This document shows positions 24,301 to 35,390 of a stretch of DNA of 64,000 bases, piece after piece (the stretch's first letter is position 1; each line of letters opens with the position of its first letter). The notes under the pieces were generated by a model. It was given only the letters and a program-made list of their open reading frames with translations, ran no database searches and was not told the origin of the DNA. This stretch comes from Raja brachyura (Eukaryota). The stretch is taken from NCBI GenBank assembly GCA_963514005.1, contig OY740808.1, forward strand, positions 18,042,001-18,106,000, written 5' to 3'. Position numbers and translations under genes: made by a program.

Positions 24301-27300
24301 TGCTTAAACAAGGGCCAGTAAAGATCAACGAGCATGGGGAATGAATGGGACATGGACAGCACTGAGTGAAGATGACACATTGGATTAGTCAGATCTGGAC
24401 TTGAGGTAAAAGGTTCCACCACCCACAGAGCCTGTGGTGAGGCTGTAGTTGAGTGATGTTGACGTTATGGCCTCACTGTGTGGAGGATAAGAGGGTTAAA
24501 ACTTGATGCAAATCAAGATATACTAATGCTTGCAGTCTGGTTCAGATTTGCATAGATACCAAGAAGAGCAGAAATAAGGGTCTCTCCCCGAAACGTCACA
24601 CATTCTTTCTCTCCAGAGATGCTGCCTGTTCCTCTGACTTACTCTAGCTTTTTCTGTCTATCTTTGGTTTAAACCAGCATCTGCAGTTCCTTCATACACA
24701 GAGCAAAAATATTATTGGATAGAGGACAGAATATGTGATGGGCACTGAAGACAATGACGTCAGTCTTTCCAATGTTTAGTTGGAGGACGTGTTTGCTTAT
24801 TTCTGTTCTGTCCACAATGTCACCAAGTAATCTGACAAGATGGAAGGGTTATGGTGAGATCAAGCTGTTATGCTCCCAGTGTACATGTGGATATTGGTGC
24901 AGATGGATGAGAAGCAGAGAGATGGAGCGAAACCTCAGAGACATAAAGGAGCGGGTGCAGGAAGAAAAACCCACTCCTGTAGATCATTTGGCAATGACTG
25001 AGTGAATTGCATCACCCGGATGAATGATGGAAGAGAGTTGTCAGGGCAGGATGCTGTGGTTGGCTTTGGCAAAGACTGCAGACAGGTTGAGAATGATGAG
25101 GAGGGATGGTTTACATTTGTCACTGTTGCATTGTGAAGAATCCTGATAGATCAGAGCGATTTCTCCCAAATGTTATTGCATTTCTCTCTCTCTCTTTCTG
25201 AACACTGGTGCCCTTCCTCTTTCACACAGGCAATAAAGAACCAGCAAAAAGCTGTCATAATCAGCGAGCGAATCCTTGGCTTTGATCATCCCAATACAAT
25301 TCGTGAATATGTGAGTTATCATTTCATTCGCTCTTCATTTGAAACGTGTTGGATTATATGTTTACACATGCAGACTGTTCTTATTCAACTGTCATTATTT
25401 ACACAAACCCAGACGTTCTTCCTGATATTGTCAATGTGGAACCGCAGTGTAGTGAACTTGCACACCTGCATGCAGTAGAAAGTGAACGATAAGCATGGGC
25501 TCTTCTTTGCCTGCCAACTGGGGAAGCTGAGGCCCATAGTAATGTCATGCTTGCACACGTTGCTGGAGCTGGTTAACACTATGCAACAAAGCTCCCATGT
25601 AGTAAAGACCAGGAATGGAATGTGAGAGCCTTGTCATATCATGCGATTGGGTGTGCGATTATCTAAGATTATTGTCTCTGGTGAAATTGCTGGAAATGTG
25701 GACATGTCGGTTGTGTTTCTCGATGCATTTAATTTTTGTCCATAAATCCCTTTAGGAATGCACACTAACCATCCAATCAGATATGTAGGTGGTATCACTG
25801 TCCGTGGCTGTTATTTGCCAGCCTCTGCAGTAACTCTGACATGGAGGCAAGCAGCGCCTGTGGTTGATCATGTTTCATAATGTAAATAACTGGGAAGAAA
25901 CATTTAATTATTACACACTGCTCCATTATTACCCATGCTACTGCCGAGCCTTATCATCACTCACTCTGTAATTAAACTCTTGTCCAGTATCCTTCCTTTG
26001 ACCAGTGCATCACTTTGTCTTTGGTGTAGCTTTGCAGAGCAGTTTATTGCGTGGATTTGAAAAGAAAGGAAGCTGGTTCTCTGCTGAATGGAATTATTTC
26101 ATTTCTCCTTCAGATGGAGAAGGAGACCATTTGGCCCTTTGAGTCTTTGTTGGCTCTCAGACCTATCCTGTAAATCCTATTTTCCCAGTTACTTCCCTGT
26201 ATTCTCTCTCCCTCTCTCCCTCTCTCCATCAGCTTTCTACTGATTCTCTCACCACCCACCTGTGTGGTGGCAATGGCTGGGCACCGATGCCCAGCACCCA
26301 GGTAGCGACGCCCTTGGACGCGACTGTTCCGAGCGCTGCATTATCCTGTTCTACCTCCACAGGTCAGGCTGGGTCTCTACTGCTTTGCCAACAACCAGAA
26401 TGCGACAGCACTGAGGCTGCTGTACCATGCCCGGCAACTGATGCTGACTGTCTGTGGAGAGGACCACCCTGAAGTAGCTGTTCTTGATGTAAGTGTCGAA
26501 TGGCAGAATCTCTTTTGGGCAGAAGAGGGTTTAATGCCATTGTTAACTGTGTGGACGGAAGGAAGTAGGGGGATCCGTGTTAAAAACTCTTTAAAGGCGG
26601 TATTCATTTGGGGTTGGATAAGAATCGCTCACTTTATGAACTTCATGATTGGAAGGTAGTGTAAATTACATTTAATTAGCACCTCTACTGCAGAAAAATA
26701 GCTCTGTGGTGCTCCACAGTGGTGGGAGGAGTTGTTGTTAATCTTAAATTAGAGCTAATTGGGACGGTGAAACGAGCATAATCTAAAGAGTTACCTTTAG
26801 GGGGGATCTCAAAAGAGGTGAATCGCGGAAAGATTCATGAAAGAATTACAGAATTGATAGCCCACATACTAATGATGGTTGTTGAAAGGTGCGGTGCATT
26901 GAAGAGCAGAATAAGGTGGAATTCACCAAGCTAGGCAAAAGTGGGGTCATGAGAGAGTGTACCAAGTTATTAAACTGGGATCATCCGCGGTGGTGGAGGG
27001 AAATAGAGTTGGAAGCTCGAGATGGGATGAATAAGAATTTTGCCAGAACATGTTCTGAGACAGTGGCACAAATAGCCATTGTTACAAAAGTCAAGGCAAA
27101 TGCTGTTTATAATGGAGAGGCAATGACTTTGAAATTCAGTCTGGAATCGGATAGGATACCAAATTTCAACTCAGAAAGTGGCCAAGGACTGAATAGAGCT
27201 GGAAATGTAAATTGCAATATGTGATTGGCCAAAGATGGTCAAATGTGGAACTGGAGAGAATTGTGGCTCCCTCAAATTGGCTTCATGTATTTAAGTTGAA

Positions 27301-30300
27301 TGCTGTGACTCTACTTTTCTATCCTGATGCCGATGTTACAGATGTTTCAGAGGGATTATTTTGCTTGTGGTATTATTGCTCAATTTAATAATCTCCTGAA
27401 CAACGTATTTTACTCCACTGACTTTCATCAACAACCATTGCACGTTATTTTGCAAGCAGGGACACGTAAAGCTCCAATAATTCTAATGGAACATTCACCC
27501 CTTCCCTTTCCCCATGCAAAGGTGGATGATGAGCCTGAATTCACCATTTGGGTAACCAGGGATGAGAGTGGATGTTATCTGCGTTAGACTGCTTCGACCA
27601 TGCATGTTTCCAGTTATTCAACCTGCAGATCACACTGGAGCTACCATGCATCCTCCCCACAATACACACTCCTACACAACATCACCTTTAATAGTGCTGA
27701 AGGAGTGTGTGTCAACACAGAAGCTCAATTAATAATAATAATAATGAATTATTAATCCCCTTATTCAGGGGAAATTCAGATGTCTTTGCAGCACACTAAT
27801 AAAAATACAGCATAGCATTAAAGACATTTAACATTAAAACATAAAAACATCCTCCCACAATGGTTCCCACTGTGGGGGAAGGCACAACGTCAGTCCCTAA
27901 TTATTGTAAAGTGGAGAGTCAAGCAGGCTGGACATAAACTGATCATTGTAAAATTCACTTTGGTTCTGTGTTTCTACAGATTAACATCGGCCTTGTGCTC
28001 CAAACTGCACTGGATTATGACCTTGCAATTCGATTTTTGCAGAAAGGTCTGGAATTAAACTTCAAATATTCTGGACCCCAGGCGCTACAGACTGCCCTTA
28101 GGTAGGTTTGAAGATAAATTTACCACAAAGTTTCTATGGGATTAATTTACCTGCACACCTGCATTTCCTTATCAACTTTCTGGGGTACCGTGCACAGTTT
28201 TGGTGGTCTTTTTTAAGAAAGGAAATAGCAGCATCGGAGGCCGTCCAGAAGAGATTCCCCAGGCGAATATCGGGGATGAGGAAAGTTTCTTATCATGAGA
28301 GGCTCAAGAATTTGAATCTGTTTTATTTGGAGCTTGGAATAACGAGGGGTGATCTTCGCGAAACAGACAAGATCCGTAGAGGGCAAGATAGGTCGACATT
28401 GAGATATTTCTACGTGAGAGAATCGCGAAAGAGGGAACGTCGTTGCAAAATAAGGGAACTGTCAATAAAAACCAAGGTGGAATTTTCTTCTGGTGATGGT
28501 GGTGGAAGGTGGTAAACCTGTGACATTCTCCAATGGTGGGGGCCAGATATCAGAGGTATTTAAAGTGAACGTGGGTGGACACAAGAGACTGCAGATGTTG
28601 GGACGTGGAACAAAGAACAATCTGCTGTAGGACAAAATGTTTATGAAAGAACTGCAGATGCTGGAAATATCGAAGGTAGACATAAATGGTGGCGAAACTC
28701 AGCGGGTGAGGCAGCATCTATGGAGTGAAGGAATAGGTGACGTTTCGGGTCGAGACCCTTCTTTAGACTGATGTTGGAGTGGGGGGGGGGGGGGGTGTGG
28801 GGCAGGAAGAAGAAAGGAAGGGGCGGAGGCTGTGCGAGAGCTGGGAAGGAGAGGGGAAGGAGGAAAAAGGACTACCTGAAATTGGAGAAGTCAATGTTCA
28901 TACCGCTGGGGTGTAAACTACCCAAGCAAAATATGAGGTGCTGCTCCTTCAATTAGCGATGGGACTCACTCTGGCCATGGAGGAGGCCCAGGACAGAAAG
29001 GTCAGATATGGAATGGGAGGGGGAGTTGGTGCTGAGCCACTGGGAGATCGGGTTCGTTAATGCGAACTGTGCGGAGGTGTTGGGCGAAGCGATCGCCGAG
29101 TCTGCGCTTGGTCTCACCGATGTAAAGCAGTTGACACCTAGAGCAGCGGATGCAATAGATGAGGTTGGAGGAGGTGCAGGTGAACCTCTGCCTCACCAGG
29201 AAAGACTGCTTGAGTCCTTGGATGGAGTCGAGGGGGGAGGTAAAGCGGGATGTGTAGCATTTCCTGCGGTTGTATGGGAAAGTGCCAGGAGAGGGGGTGG
29301 TTTGGGTGGGAAAGGACGAAATGACTAGGGAGTTGTGGAGGGAGCGATCTCCGTGGAAAGCAGACGGGAGGAGTTGGGAAGATGTGGCCAGTGGTGGGAT
29401 CCTGTTGGAGGTGGCGAAAATGTCAGAGGATTATCTGTTGCATGTGGCAGCTGGGGGAAGGTGAGGACAAGGGGGACTGTCCTTGTTACGAGTGGGTGGG
29501 ATGGGAAGTGAGAGCGGAGCTACGGGATATAGAGGAGATCCTGATGAGAGCCTCATCTATAGTCGAAGAGGGGACCCACCGTTCCCTAAAGAATGAGGAC
29601 ATCTCCGATGCCCTGGATTGGAACACTTCATCCTGGGTGCAGATGCGGCGCAGACGGAGGAATTGGGAGTAGGGGGATAGAGTCCTTGCATGAAGCACGG
29701 TGGGAAGAAGTGTATTCTAGATAGCCATGGGAGTCAGTGGGTTTGTAGAACTCAGTAGGTCCATCAGTATCTTTTGTGGTGGTGGTGGTGGGGGGGGGAA
29801 CGGAATTGTCAATATTCCGGGCAATGCAGGGTTTCGACCCAAGATATCATCAATTCCTTTCCTTTACCCACTGAGTTCCTTCAGTAGTTTGTTGGGTGAA
29901 TACAGGTGTAGGCCATGTTAATACACGTGCAAGGACCTGATGGCTTGTACCTTGAAGTCAGAATTTACACACATTTGCAAATACCCTGAGACAATGCCCC
30001 AGCAGGTCTTACTGGAAGGATCCATCTTTGGGAATTATGGCCAAGAACAATCCTTTGGTTATTGTCAGCCTTAAAAACATCAGGAAAACCAGAACAAAAG
30101 GTAGTAATTTGATCGCTGAGAGCGTGAGGTTTATCACAATTGCCCTAAATAACTCTATCCCATTAACATTCTTTTGTTTGAAAACCACAAAGCGCAGACC
30201 ATGTTTAAAGTTGTAGGTAATTGCCCTGCTTGTGTGGACCAGACTTGGAAAGTGATTTTATGCAACTTTGTCCTGTCTCTTGCTGAAGATGGTGGCTCGA

Positions 30301-33300
30301 CATCTACGCTCTCATTGTGATGAGTTTGATTGTTTCCCTCCCATCTCTTTTGCATGAAAATTCATTTTAAGCATTTTTTAAAATAAAAAACAGAAGCCAG
30401 CTTCTCAACGTTAGTGGTGATTCTGAAAGTTCAGCCACATATAAAATAACTAAGTACTGAACCCATTTCAACATTGCCTAGTCATTAAATGACCACAATA
30501 ACCTCTAGTTGGAGGGCTGATCATGTGGTGCAAATGTATTGATTACTTGTGGGAATTTGGATCTAAACCTTTGCGTCTACAAATAGAAGCTATGATTTAA
30601 ACGTGCTTGTGTCTAATTACTTTTTGTTTGAAAACCACGCAGTTATCATCTCCTGGCCCAAGTCAACGCCAGCAAGGCTGACTTCCGAGCAGCTATGCAG
30701 CACGAGAAGCAGGCCTACATCATCTACAGGGATCGGGTTAGTTATTCCAAAATGTTTTCTCTGTGTTGTAGTCCGATGGCATTTAAGTCAACCTCTGAAA
30801 GTTACCTTGGCAGATTGCACTCAGTGGAATATAAGGCGAGGGTCCACACTACATGTTGTTGAATCAACTCCAATTTTCTGTCACAGCAAGTAACGTATTC
30901 TGCAATAAGTGAAGATTTCCCTTGTTACAAAGCAACTTATGTTGTCAAATAAGATGTTAAATAGGTGCCATCATCTATTCTTATTACTTGTATATACTAC
31001 AGGATATGACTCAATAGGTTTTTTTTTTCTGTCCACACTGCCTTAACCCATCCTTCCACAGAGGGGCAGTTTGTGATGCAGACAGGAACACATATTTTGA
31101 CATATATACTGCATCTAATAGAAAGAGACATTTGGTCCAAAATAGGTCCTCTCCTTTACATATCACAAGCATTCTGTACTGCACATTGCCAATCTTGGAA
31201 AACCCCAAAATACTGAATATTTCAAAATATGACTGAATTAATTCATTTGGATTTTTATTTTCAAAAATAGCTTGGGGAGACGCACCTTAAAACGAAAGGA
31301 AGTTCGGAGTTCCTGAAGCATTTTACTCAGCAGGCAGTTAACCTCCAGAGAACCATGAATGAAATTTACAAGAATGGATCAAATGCTAATCTTTCTCCAG
31401 TACTGGTTGGTGCCCCTTATTAACCTACCTTGCCTTTTGTTCCAGTGCAAAATTTCTTTGCCTGGATTAGAGGGTTTCAACTACAGGGAGAGGTTGGGTA
31501 GATTGTTTTCTCTGGAACATCAGAGGTTCAGGGGAGACTTAATAGAGGTATATACAATTATGAAAAGCATAGATATGATAGAAGTCAGAACCTTTTTTCC
31601 CCAGGGTGAAAATGTTCAGTACTAGATGGTATAGCTGTAAGATGAGAGAGGGATGGTTTAATGGAGCTGTACGGGGCAAGTTATTTTACACAGATGGTGG
31701 GGTCTGGAACACCTTGCCAGGGATGGTGGTGGAGGCAGATATGATAGCTGCGTTTAAGAGACTTTTGCATAAGCACATGTGCAGGAACAGAAGGATATGG
31801 ATCACATGCAGGCAGAAGAGATGTGTTTAGCTAGGCATCATGTTTAGCACAAACATTGAGGGCCGAAGGGCCAGTCCTTTGCTGTATTTATTCATAGACG
31901 AAGAATCTGATAGGCTATGTTTGATATTGATTTTTTTCCAGACCACATCCCAGAGTAAAAAAATGACGCTGGAACAGCTTAATATAATCAATGGAATTGT
32001 TCTCATGGAAACGAGGTAGGCCTGTCCTTCATTTCCTATCTTCCCCTTGAGACTATGTGCAATCTAAATTAATATTGTTTAGGGTTGAGAACTAATATCA
32101 GTGCAGGAGTATTCAAACATCATCAATCAACAACACTGCCAGAGCAATGAATAATTATATCAAGGAATGGAAATACTTGACCTTTCTAAGAAATGTATAA
32201 TTTATGTCTAAATTATGAGTGGTATTATGTCGTAAAAGCACTCAACTCCCTGATAATCCATCTGTCAAGAATGCTGCCAAACTAGATCTTACACAGTTTT
32301 AAAAAGTCGATCGCAGTCAGGACAGGTTATAGTGCGTCGGAAGGAACTGCAGAGGCTGATTTACAACGAAGATAAGACACAAAATGCTGGAGTAACTCAG
32401 CAGGACAGGCAGCATCTCTAGATAGAAGGAATGGGTGATGTTTCGGGTCTGGAAGAGGGCATCACAGAGATAAGGAAGTGTAAGAGATCAAATGAGATGA
32501 AGACTAGATCATTGTTAGAAGATGACAACAAAGCAGAGATAAAACGTAATCAAGGGGACAGTCAGACTGGTCGGAGAACTGGGAAGGGGGAGGGATGGAG
32601 AGAGAGGTAAAGCTAGGGTTACTTGAAGTTAGATAAGTCAATATTTATACCACTGGGATGTAAGCTGCCCAAGCGAAATTTGAGGTGCTGTTCCTCCAGT
32701 TTGCGCTGGGCCTCGCTCTGACAATGGAGGCCCAGGACAGAAAGGTCAGTGTGGGAATGGGAGGGGGGTTTAGTGTTGAGCAACCGGGAGATCAGGTAGG
32801 TTTAGGCGAACTGAGTGGAGGTGTTCAGCGAAACGATCGCCGAGCCTGCGCTTGGTCTCGCCGATATATAGGAGTTCACACCTGGAACAGCGGAAACAGT
32901 AGATGAGGTTGGAGGTCCGAAAGGTCAGTGGGCTGCATTTATGTCCCTGCTGCGCAGCAATGAAGATACTACTCATTGGTCTTTCATTTTTAAGCAAGGG
33001 GGGGGAGGGGATGTCACCATGCCTTGCTCACAATCACAGTTCTGTGAATGGCTGGATTTATGACGTTGTGAGTGATCTTGTCCTCAATTCTTTTATTATC
33101 AGATATCTTGCCAAAGTGCTTGAATAATATTTTGTCTTTCAGGGAGTCATCTCAAGCTGAGTTGAAAAATAGCTATCGATGAGTAAAATATAGACTGGGA
33201 AAACAATGACAAAGGGGGCGAAGAGGGCCAGCAGTTTTAAGTGTGCTCAGGAGATGGTTCTTGACGGTGGGGGGGTGGGGGAAGGAATTTCCAACAAACA

Positions 33301-34026
33301 GTGATCATTTCATAGGGCGTAAAGTAGAAAAAGGGTACGGACCACACCAAGGCAAGAATAACCAATTGGAGAAGGCCCAGGTAAATTGGAAATGGCGTTT
33401 GGTAGACTAAACTGTAATTTTAAAAATGGGAGGAATTTACAGTGAAGATGTTTTGGCCATTCTGTTAACATAGTTTGTCCAGGAGGCAAATTAAACCATG
33501 GTGTTGGAAGAGGGTTGGACAAGATTCTGAAAGGAAATCATTTGTCGGGCTGCAGGGTAGGACAGATATTGCATTGAGCTGCATTGTTCCTGTGTGAAAG
33601 ACAAATGATTACCTTACAAATCTGATGGTATGAACATTGAAATCTCCTATGTTAGATAACTAAGCTACAAACAACCCCTCCCACCATTTTCCACTTTCTT
33701 CAACTGCAATGATGAAGTGATTTTTTTTTTTGGATTTAAAAAAATGTTTCCCCTATTTTCTTCAACTGATCAACTTTAATGTTTATTTTAGAAAATCTGC
33801 TTTGGAAAAAGCAACTGAGCAAATGCGGAACCTAATTCTGGAAGAAATCCAAGCATCACAGAGGTTGACCAAGACCCCTGCTGGCATTGGCGTGGATGAC
33901 CAGATACTGGTCAATGGAAGTGAAGGCTCGGGAGAAATTGTACATGATGCAGAGAAAACGCTTGGGAAAACCCTGATCAACGACAAAGCAGAGACAGGCT
34001 GTGTGGCATCAAAGGTTTCCGTGTAA
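2606..34026 (+). CDS. CLUH: Clustered mitochondria protein homolog-like (CLUH family, divergent paralog); 5'-incomplete, 17 exons in window
   Basis: Exons 2606-3300, 9545-9633, 13281-13385, 15187-15287, 16116-16268, 17152-17214, 19890-20128, 20681-20765, 22042-22195, 22855-22994, 25230-25310, 26363-26488, 27980-28101, 30643-30736, 31271-31405, 31942-32015, 33792-34026. All are AG/GT bounded and phase-compatible (2691 nt). Clu-domain motifs [43 protein letters not shown]; TPR-region motifs [34 protein letters not shown]. Confidence 0.9.
3737..4020 (-). mobile_element. HE1-type tRNA-derived V-SINE
   Basis: tRNA-like head with gggttcaatccc B-box; CR1-derived tail gggccgaagggcctgtttcc. Confidence 0.85.
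4300..5612 (+). mobile_element. Old degenerate CR1 LINE fragments, interrupted at ~4968-5103 by a Penelope-derived piece
   Basis: Remnants of P.FKKG..DKPGNY and FADD; 3' end gggccgaagggcctgttcctctgctgtactgttcta. Confidence 0.7.
7665..8373 (-). mobile_element. 5'-truncated CR1-clade LINE (HER1-like), young copy
   Basis: ORF 7727-8347 encodes a CR1 ORF2 C-terminus ([35 protein letters not shown]); CTATTGT-type 3' tail. Confidence 0.9.
8876..9260. mobile_element. Non-autonomous hAT-type DNA transposon (MITE)
   Basis: ~33-bp TIRs CAAAGATCCTATAGCA.AGCAAGATAGATCACTC; 8-bp target-site duplication gtcgccac/gtctccac. Confidence 0.8.
9545..9633 (+). CDS. CLUH: CLUH-like exon, poorly conserved linker ([12 protein letters not shown]...)
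   Basis: tttag acceptor, G|gtaagg donor; bridges phase 2 to phase 1 as required; weak protein similarity. Confidence 0.65.
13281..13385 (+). CDS. CLUH: CLUH-like exon ([20 protein letters not shown])
   Basis: polypyrimidine-cag acceptor, G|gtaatg donor; FDIRFN motif. Confidence 0.88.
14311..14599 (-). mobile_element. HE1-type SINE
   Basis: Same body as 23512-23779, reverse strand. Confidence 0.8.
15187..15287 (+). CDS. CLUH: CLUH-like exon ([33 protein letters not shown])
   Basis: ttgcag acceptor, gtaagt donor; resembles CLUH VRFP..QK.LLKDAAAFL..QIP. Confidence 0.88.
15513..15783 (+). mobile_element. HE1-type SINE
   Basis: ggtggcgcagtgatagag (A-box) and gggttcgatcc (B-box); CR1-like tail. 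Confidence 0.85.
16116..16268 (+). CDS. CLUH: CLUH-like exon ([32 protein letters not shown]...)
   Basis: tccag acceptor, gtaggt donor; P.DG..L...GIN.RY.G motif. Confidence 0.9.
17152..17214 (+). CDS. CLUH: CLUH-like exon ([21 protein letters not shown])
   Basis: ccacag acceptor, gtaacg donor; E.ITR.AKH motif. Confidence 0.87.
17403..19370. repeat. Long inverted repeat: arms 17403-18375 and 18398-19370 (973 bp each), 22-bp spacer
   Basis: Mirror ORF pairs with identical translations (17732-17923+/18850-19041-; 17530-17739-/19034-19243+; 17634-17867+/18906-19139-), all with coordinate sum 36773; inspected segments are exact reverse complements. Confidence 0.97.
19161..19560 (+). mobile_element. 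GC-rich retroposon 5' part (related to 38523-39341); truncated mirror copy at 17403-17612
   Basis: Shared 5' motif and T-rich tract; abuts a Penelope-derived segment. Confidence 0.55.
19890..20128 (+). CDS. CLUH: CLUH-like exon ([21 protein letters not shown]...)
   Basis: cacag acceptor, TG|gtacgt donor; [10 protein letters not shown] motif. Confidence 0.9.
20681..20765 (+). CDS. CLUH: CLUH-like exon ([28 protein letters not shown])
   Basis: ttccag acceptor, gtactg donor; LQK..LLRE..K.GIQ motif. Confidence 0.88.
22042..22195 (+). CDS. CLUH: CLUH-like exon ([27 protein letters not shown]...)
   Basis: ctcag acceptor, G|gtacag donor. Confidence 0.9.
22855..22994 (+). CDS. CLUH: CLUH-like TPR exon ([21 protein letters not shown]...)
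   Basis: ttccag acceptor, gtgagc donor. Confidence 0.9.
23512..23779 (+). mobile_element. HE1-type SINE
   Basis: gggcggcacggtggcgcagcggtagag...gggttcgatccc; tail gaagggcctgtttctgcgctgtatctccaaactgaact. Confidence 0.88.
25230..25310 (+). CDS. CLUH: CLUH-like TPR exon ([27 protein letters not shown])
   Basis: cacag acceptor, gtgagt donor. Confidence 0.9.
26363..26488 (+). CDS. CLUH: CLUH-like TPR exon ([12 protein letters not shown]...[11 protein letters not shown])
   Basis: ccacag acceptor, gtaagt donor. Confidence 0.9.
27980..28101 (+). CDS. CLUH: CLUH-like TPR exon ([24 protein letters not shown]...)
   Basis: ctacag acceptor, AG|gtaggt donor. Confidence 0.88.
28640..29750 (-). mobile_element. 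Penelope-like retroelement 3' part (RT C-terminus, GIY-YIG endonuclease, terminal repeat)
   Basis: [12 protein letters not shown] (29486-29698) and [31 protein letters not shown] (29002-29196). Confidence 0.9.
30643..30736 (+). CDS. CLUH: CLUH-like TPR exon ([31 protein letters not shown])
   Basis: cgcag acceptor, gttagt donor; FR.A.QHEK motif. Confidence 0.88.
31271..31405 (+). CDS. CLUH: CLUH-like exon ([36 protein letters not shown]...)
   Basis: aatag acceptor, gttggt donor. Confidence 0.9.
31460..31885 (+). mobile_element. Degenerate CR1 LINE 3' fragment
   Basis: [19 protein letters not shown]; gggccgaagggcc 3' end. Confidence 0.75.
31942..32015 (+). CDS. CLUH: CLUH-like exon ([24 protein letters not shown])
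   Basis: ttccag acceptor, AG|gtaggc donor; LEQLN.INGI motif. Confidence 0.85.
32340..32915 (-). mobile_element. Penelope-like element 3' fragment (GIY-YIG)
   Basis: [31 protein letters not shown]; terminal repeat agacacaaaatgctggagtaactcagc. Confidence 0.85.
33792..34026 (+). CDS. CLUH: CLUH-like terminal coding exon ([14 protein letters not shown]...SKVSV*)
   Basis: ttttag acceptor in the required phase, open to TAA at 34024-34026; C-terminus is poorly conserved. Confidence 0.65.
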
Positions 34027-34469
34027 CGATTTCTCACCTGTCAGAAAAATAAGCGATCAAACTTTCCAGTTATTGCCACAAATGCAAATGCTCTTTTGTA
34101 TCACAGCTAGGAGGAGTGAACACATAACTGGGTCCCTGTAAATATTGGCAGCTGGGGTTTGAAGGTTAATCACAGACTGGAAATTGGATCATGTGACTGT
34201 TACAAGTGGAAAACCTTTTCTCTTTAAATGACTAGATTTTTAATAATTGTTTTTATAATCAGATAGTGGGTTTACTATTTCTGAACACTGAATGTAGTTA
34301 CGAATTCCAGACTTTTGGACTCAACCTTGCAGTTGGGAAGGACTTTGCCAAATAATTGGTAAAAATATAAAATTGTGCTTCATAGCTGTGAAACATCGGG
34401 ACATTGGGAAAACAGCAGTGCAGAATATCCACACTTTTATATTCTTCATCATATTATACAAATGATACG

Positions 34470-35390
34470 TAAGAGGGGAGCTGGCATGTTTCATAAGGTT
34501 GCAGATGACACTAAAATTTGATGGTATACTAGATTGTGAATGTAGATCAACTTTGAAAGTGGGCCAAGGGAATTAAATTCAGATGTGTGTGAAGTGATGA
34601 CATTTGGGATGCTAAACCGGGGTCTCGACCCGAAACGCCCAAAATGTCCTTTTGTGTATTAACCAATCGGCATCTGCAGTTTTTGTTTTTACACCCAGTG
34701 AATGGCAAGATCCTTTGTAGTATAACTGAACAGTGAGACCTTGGGATACTAGTTCCAGTAAAGTAGTGACACAGGTAGACAGTGAAAAGGCATATGTCAT
34801 GCCTGCACTCATCGGCTGAGGCACTGAGTATAGGAATTGGGATGTTGTGTTGCAGTTGCAGAAGTCTTGGGTCAGTATTGACGTATTGAATTATTGTGTG
34901 CTGTTCTAGGGGCCACATTATAGGAAGGATGTGATTAGAGGGGGTGCAGAGAATATTGACAGGAATGTTGCTGGACTGGAGCGTTTGAGTTATAAGCGGA
35001 GGTGGGATACTGGGATTGTTTCCCTTGGAACAAAAAAAAAGGCTGAGAGGTGACCTGAGGGGTATATAAAATCAGGGACCCAGATAAGATGGGATGTTCA
35101 GCCTTTTTCCATTGGTAGGAGAATCTTAAATCCACAGGACATGGGATTAAGGTGAGAGGGGAGATTTAAAGGAGAATTTGTCCACACAGAAGTTTGTGGC
35201 TATACGGAATGAGCGAGCAGAGGAAGGAGTTGAGGCAGGTACCACAACATTTAACCAACATTGGGACAGTTACATGGAGAGGAAAGGTTTAGAGGGATAC
35301 GAGCCAAACACTGGCAAATGGAATTAGCATAGTTTGGCATTTTGATCGGCACGGATGAGTTGGTTTGAAGAGCCTTTCTGTGCTGTCAAA
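34470..35390 (+). mobile_element. Degenerate CR1 LINE fragment in the putative CLUH-like 3' UTR, with a Penelope-end insert at ~34617-34690
   Basis: ADDTK-like sequence gcagatgacactaaa; RLRGDL remnant; CR1-type 3' end. Confidence 0.65.
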
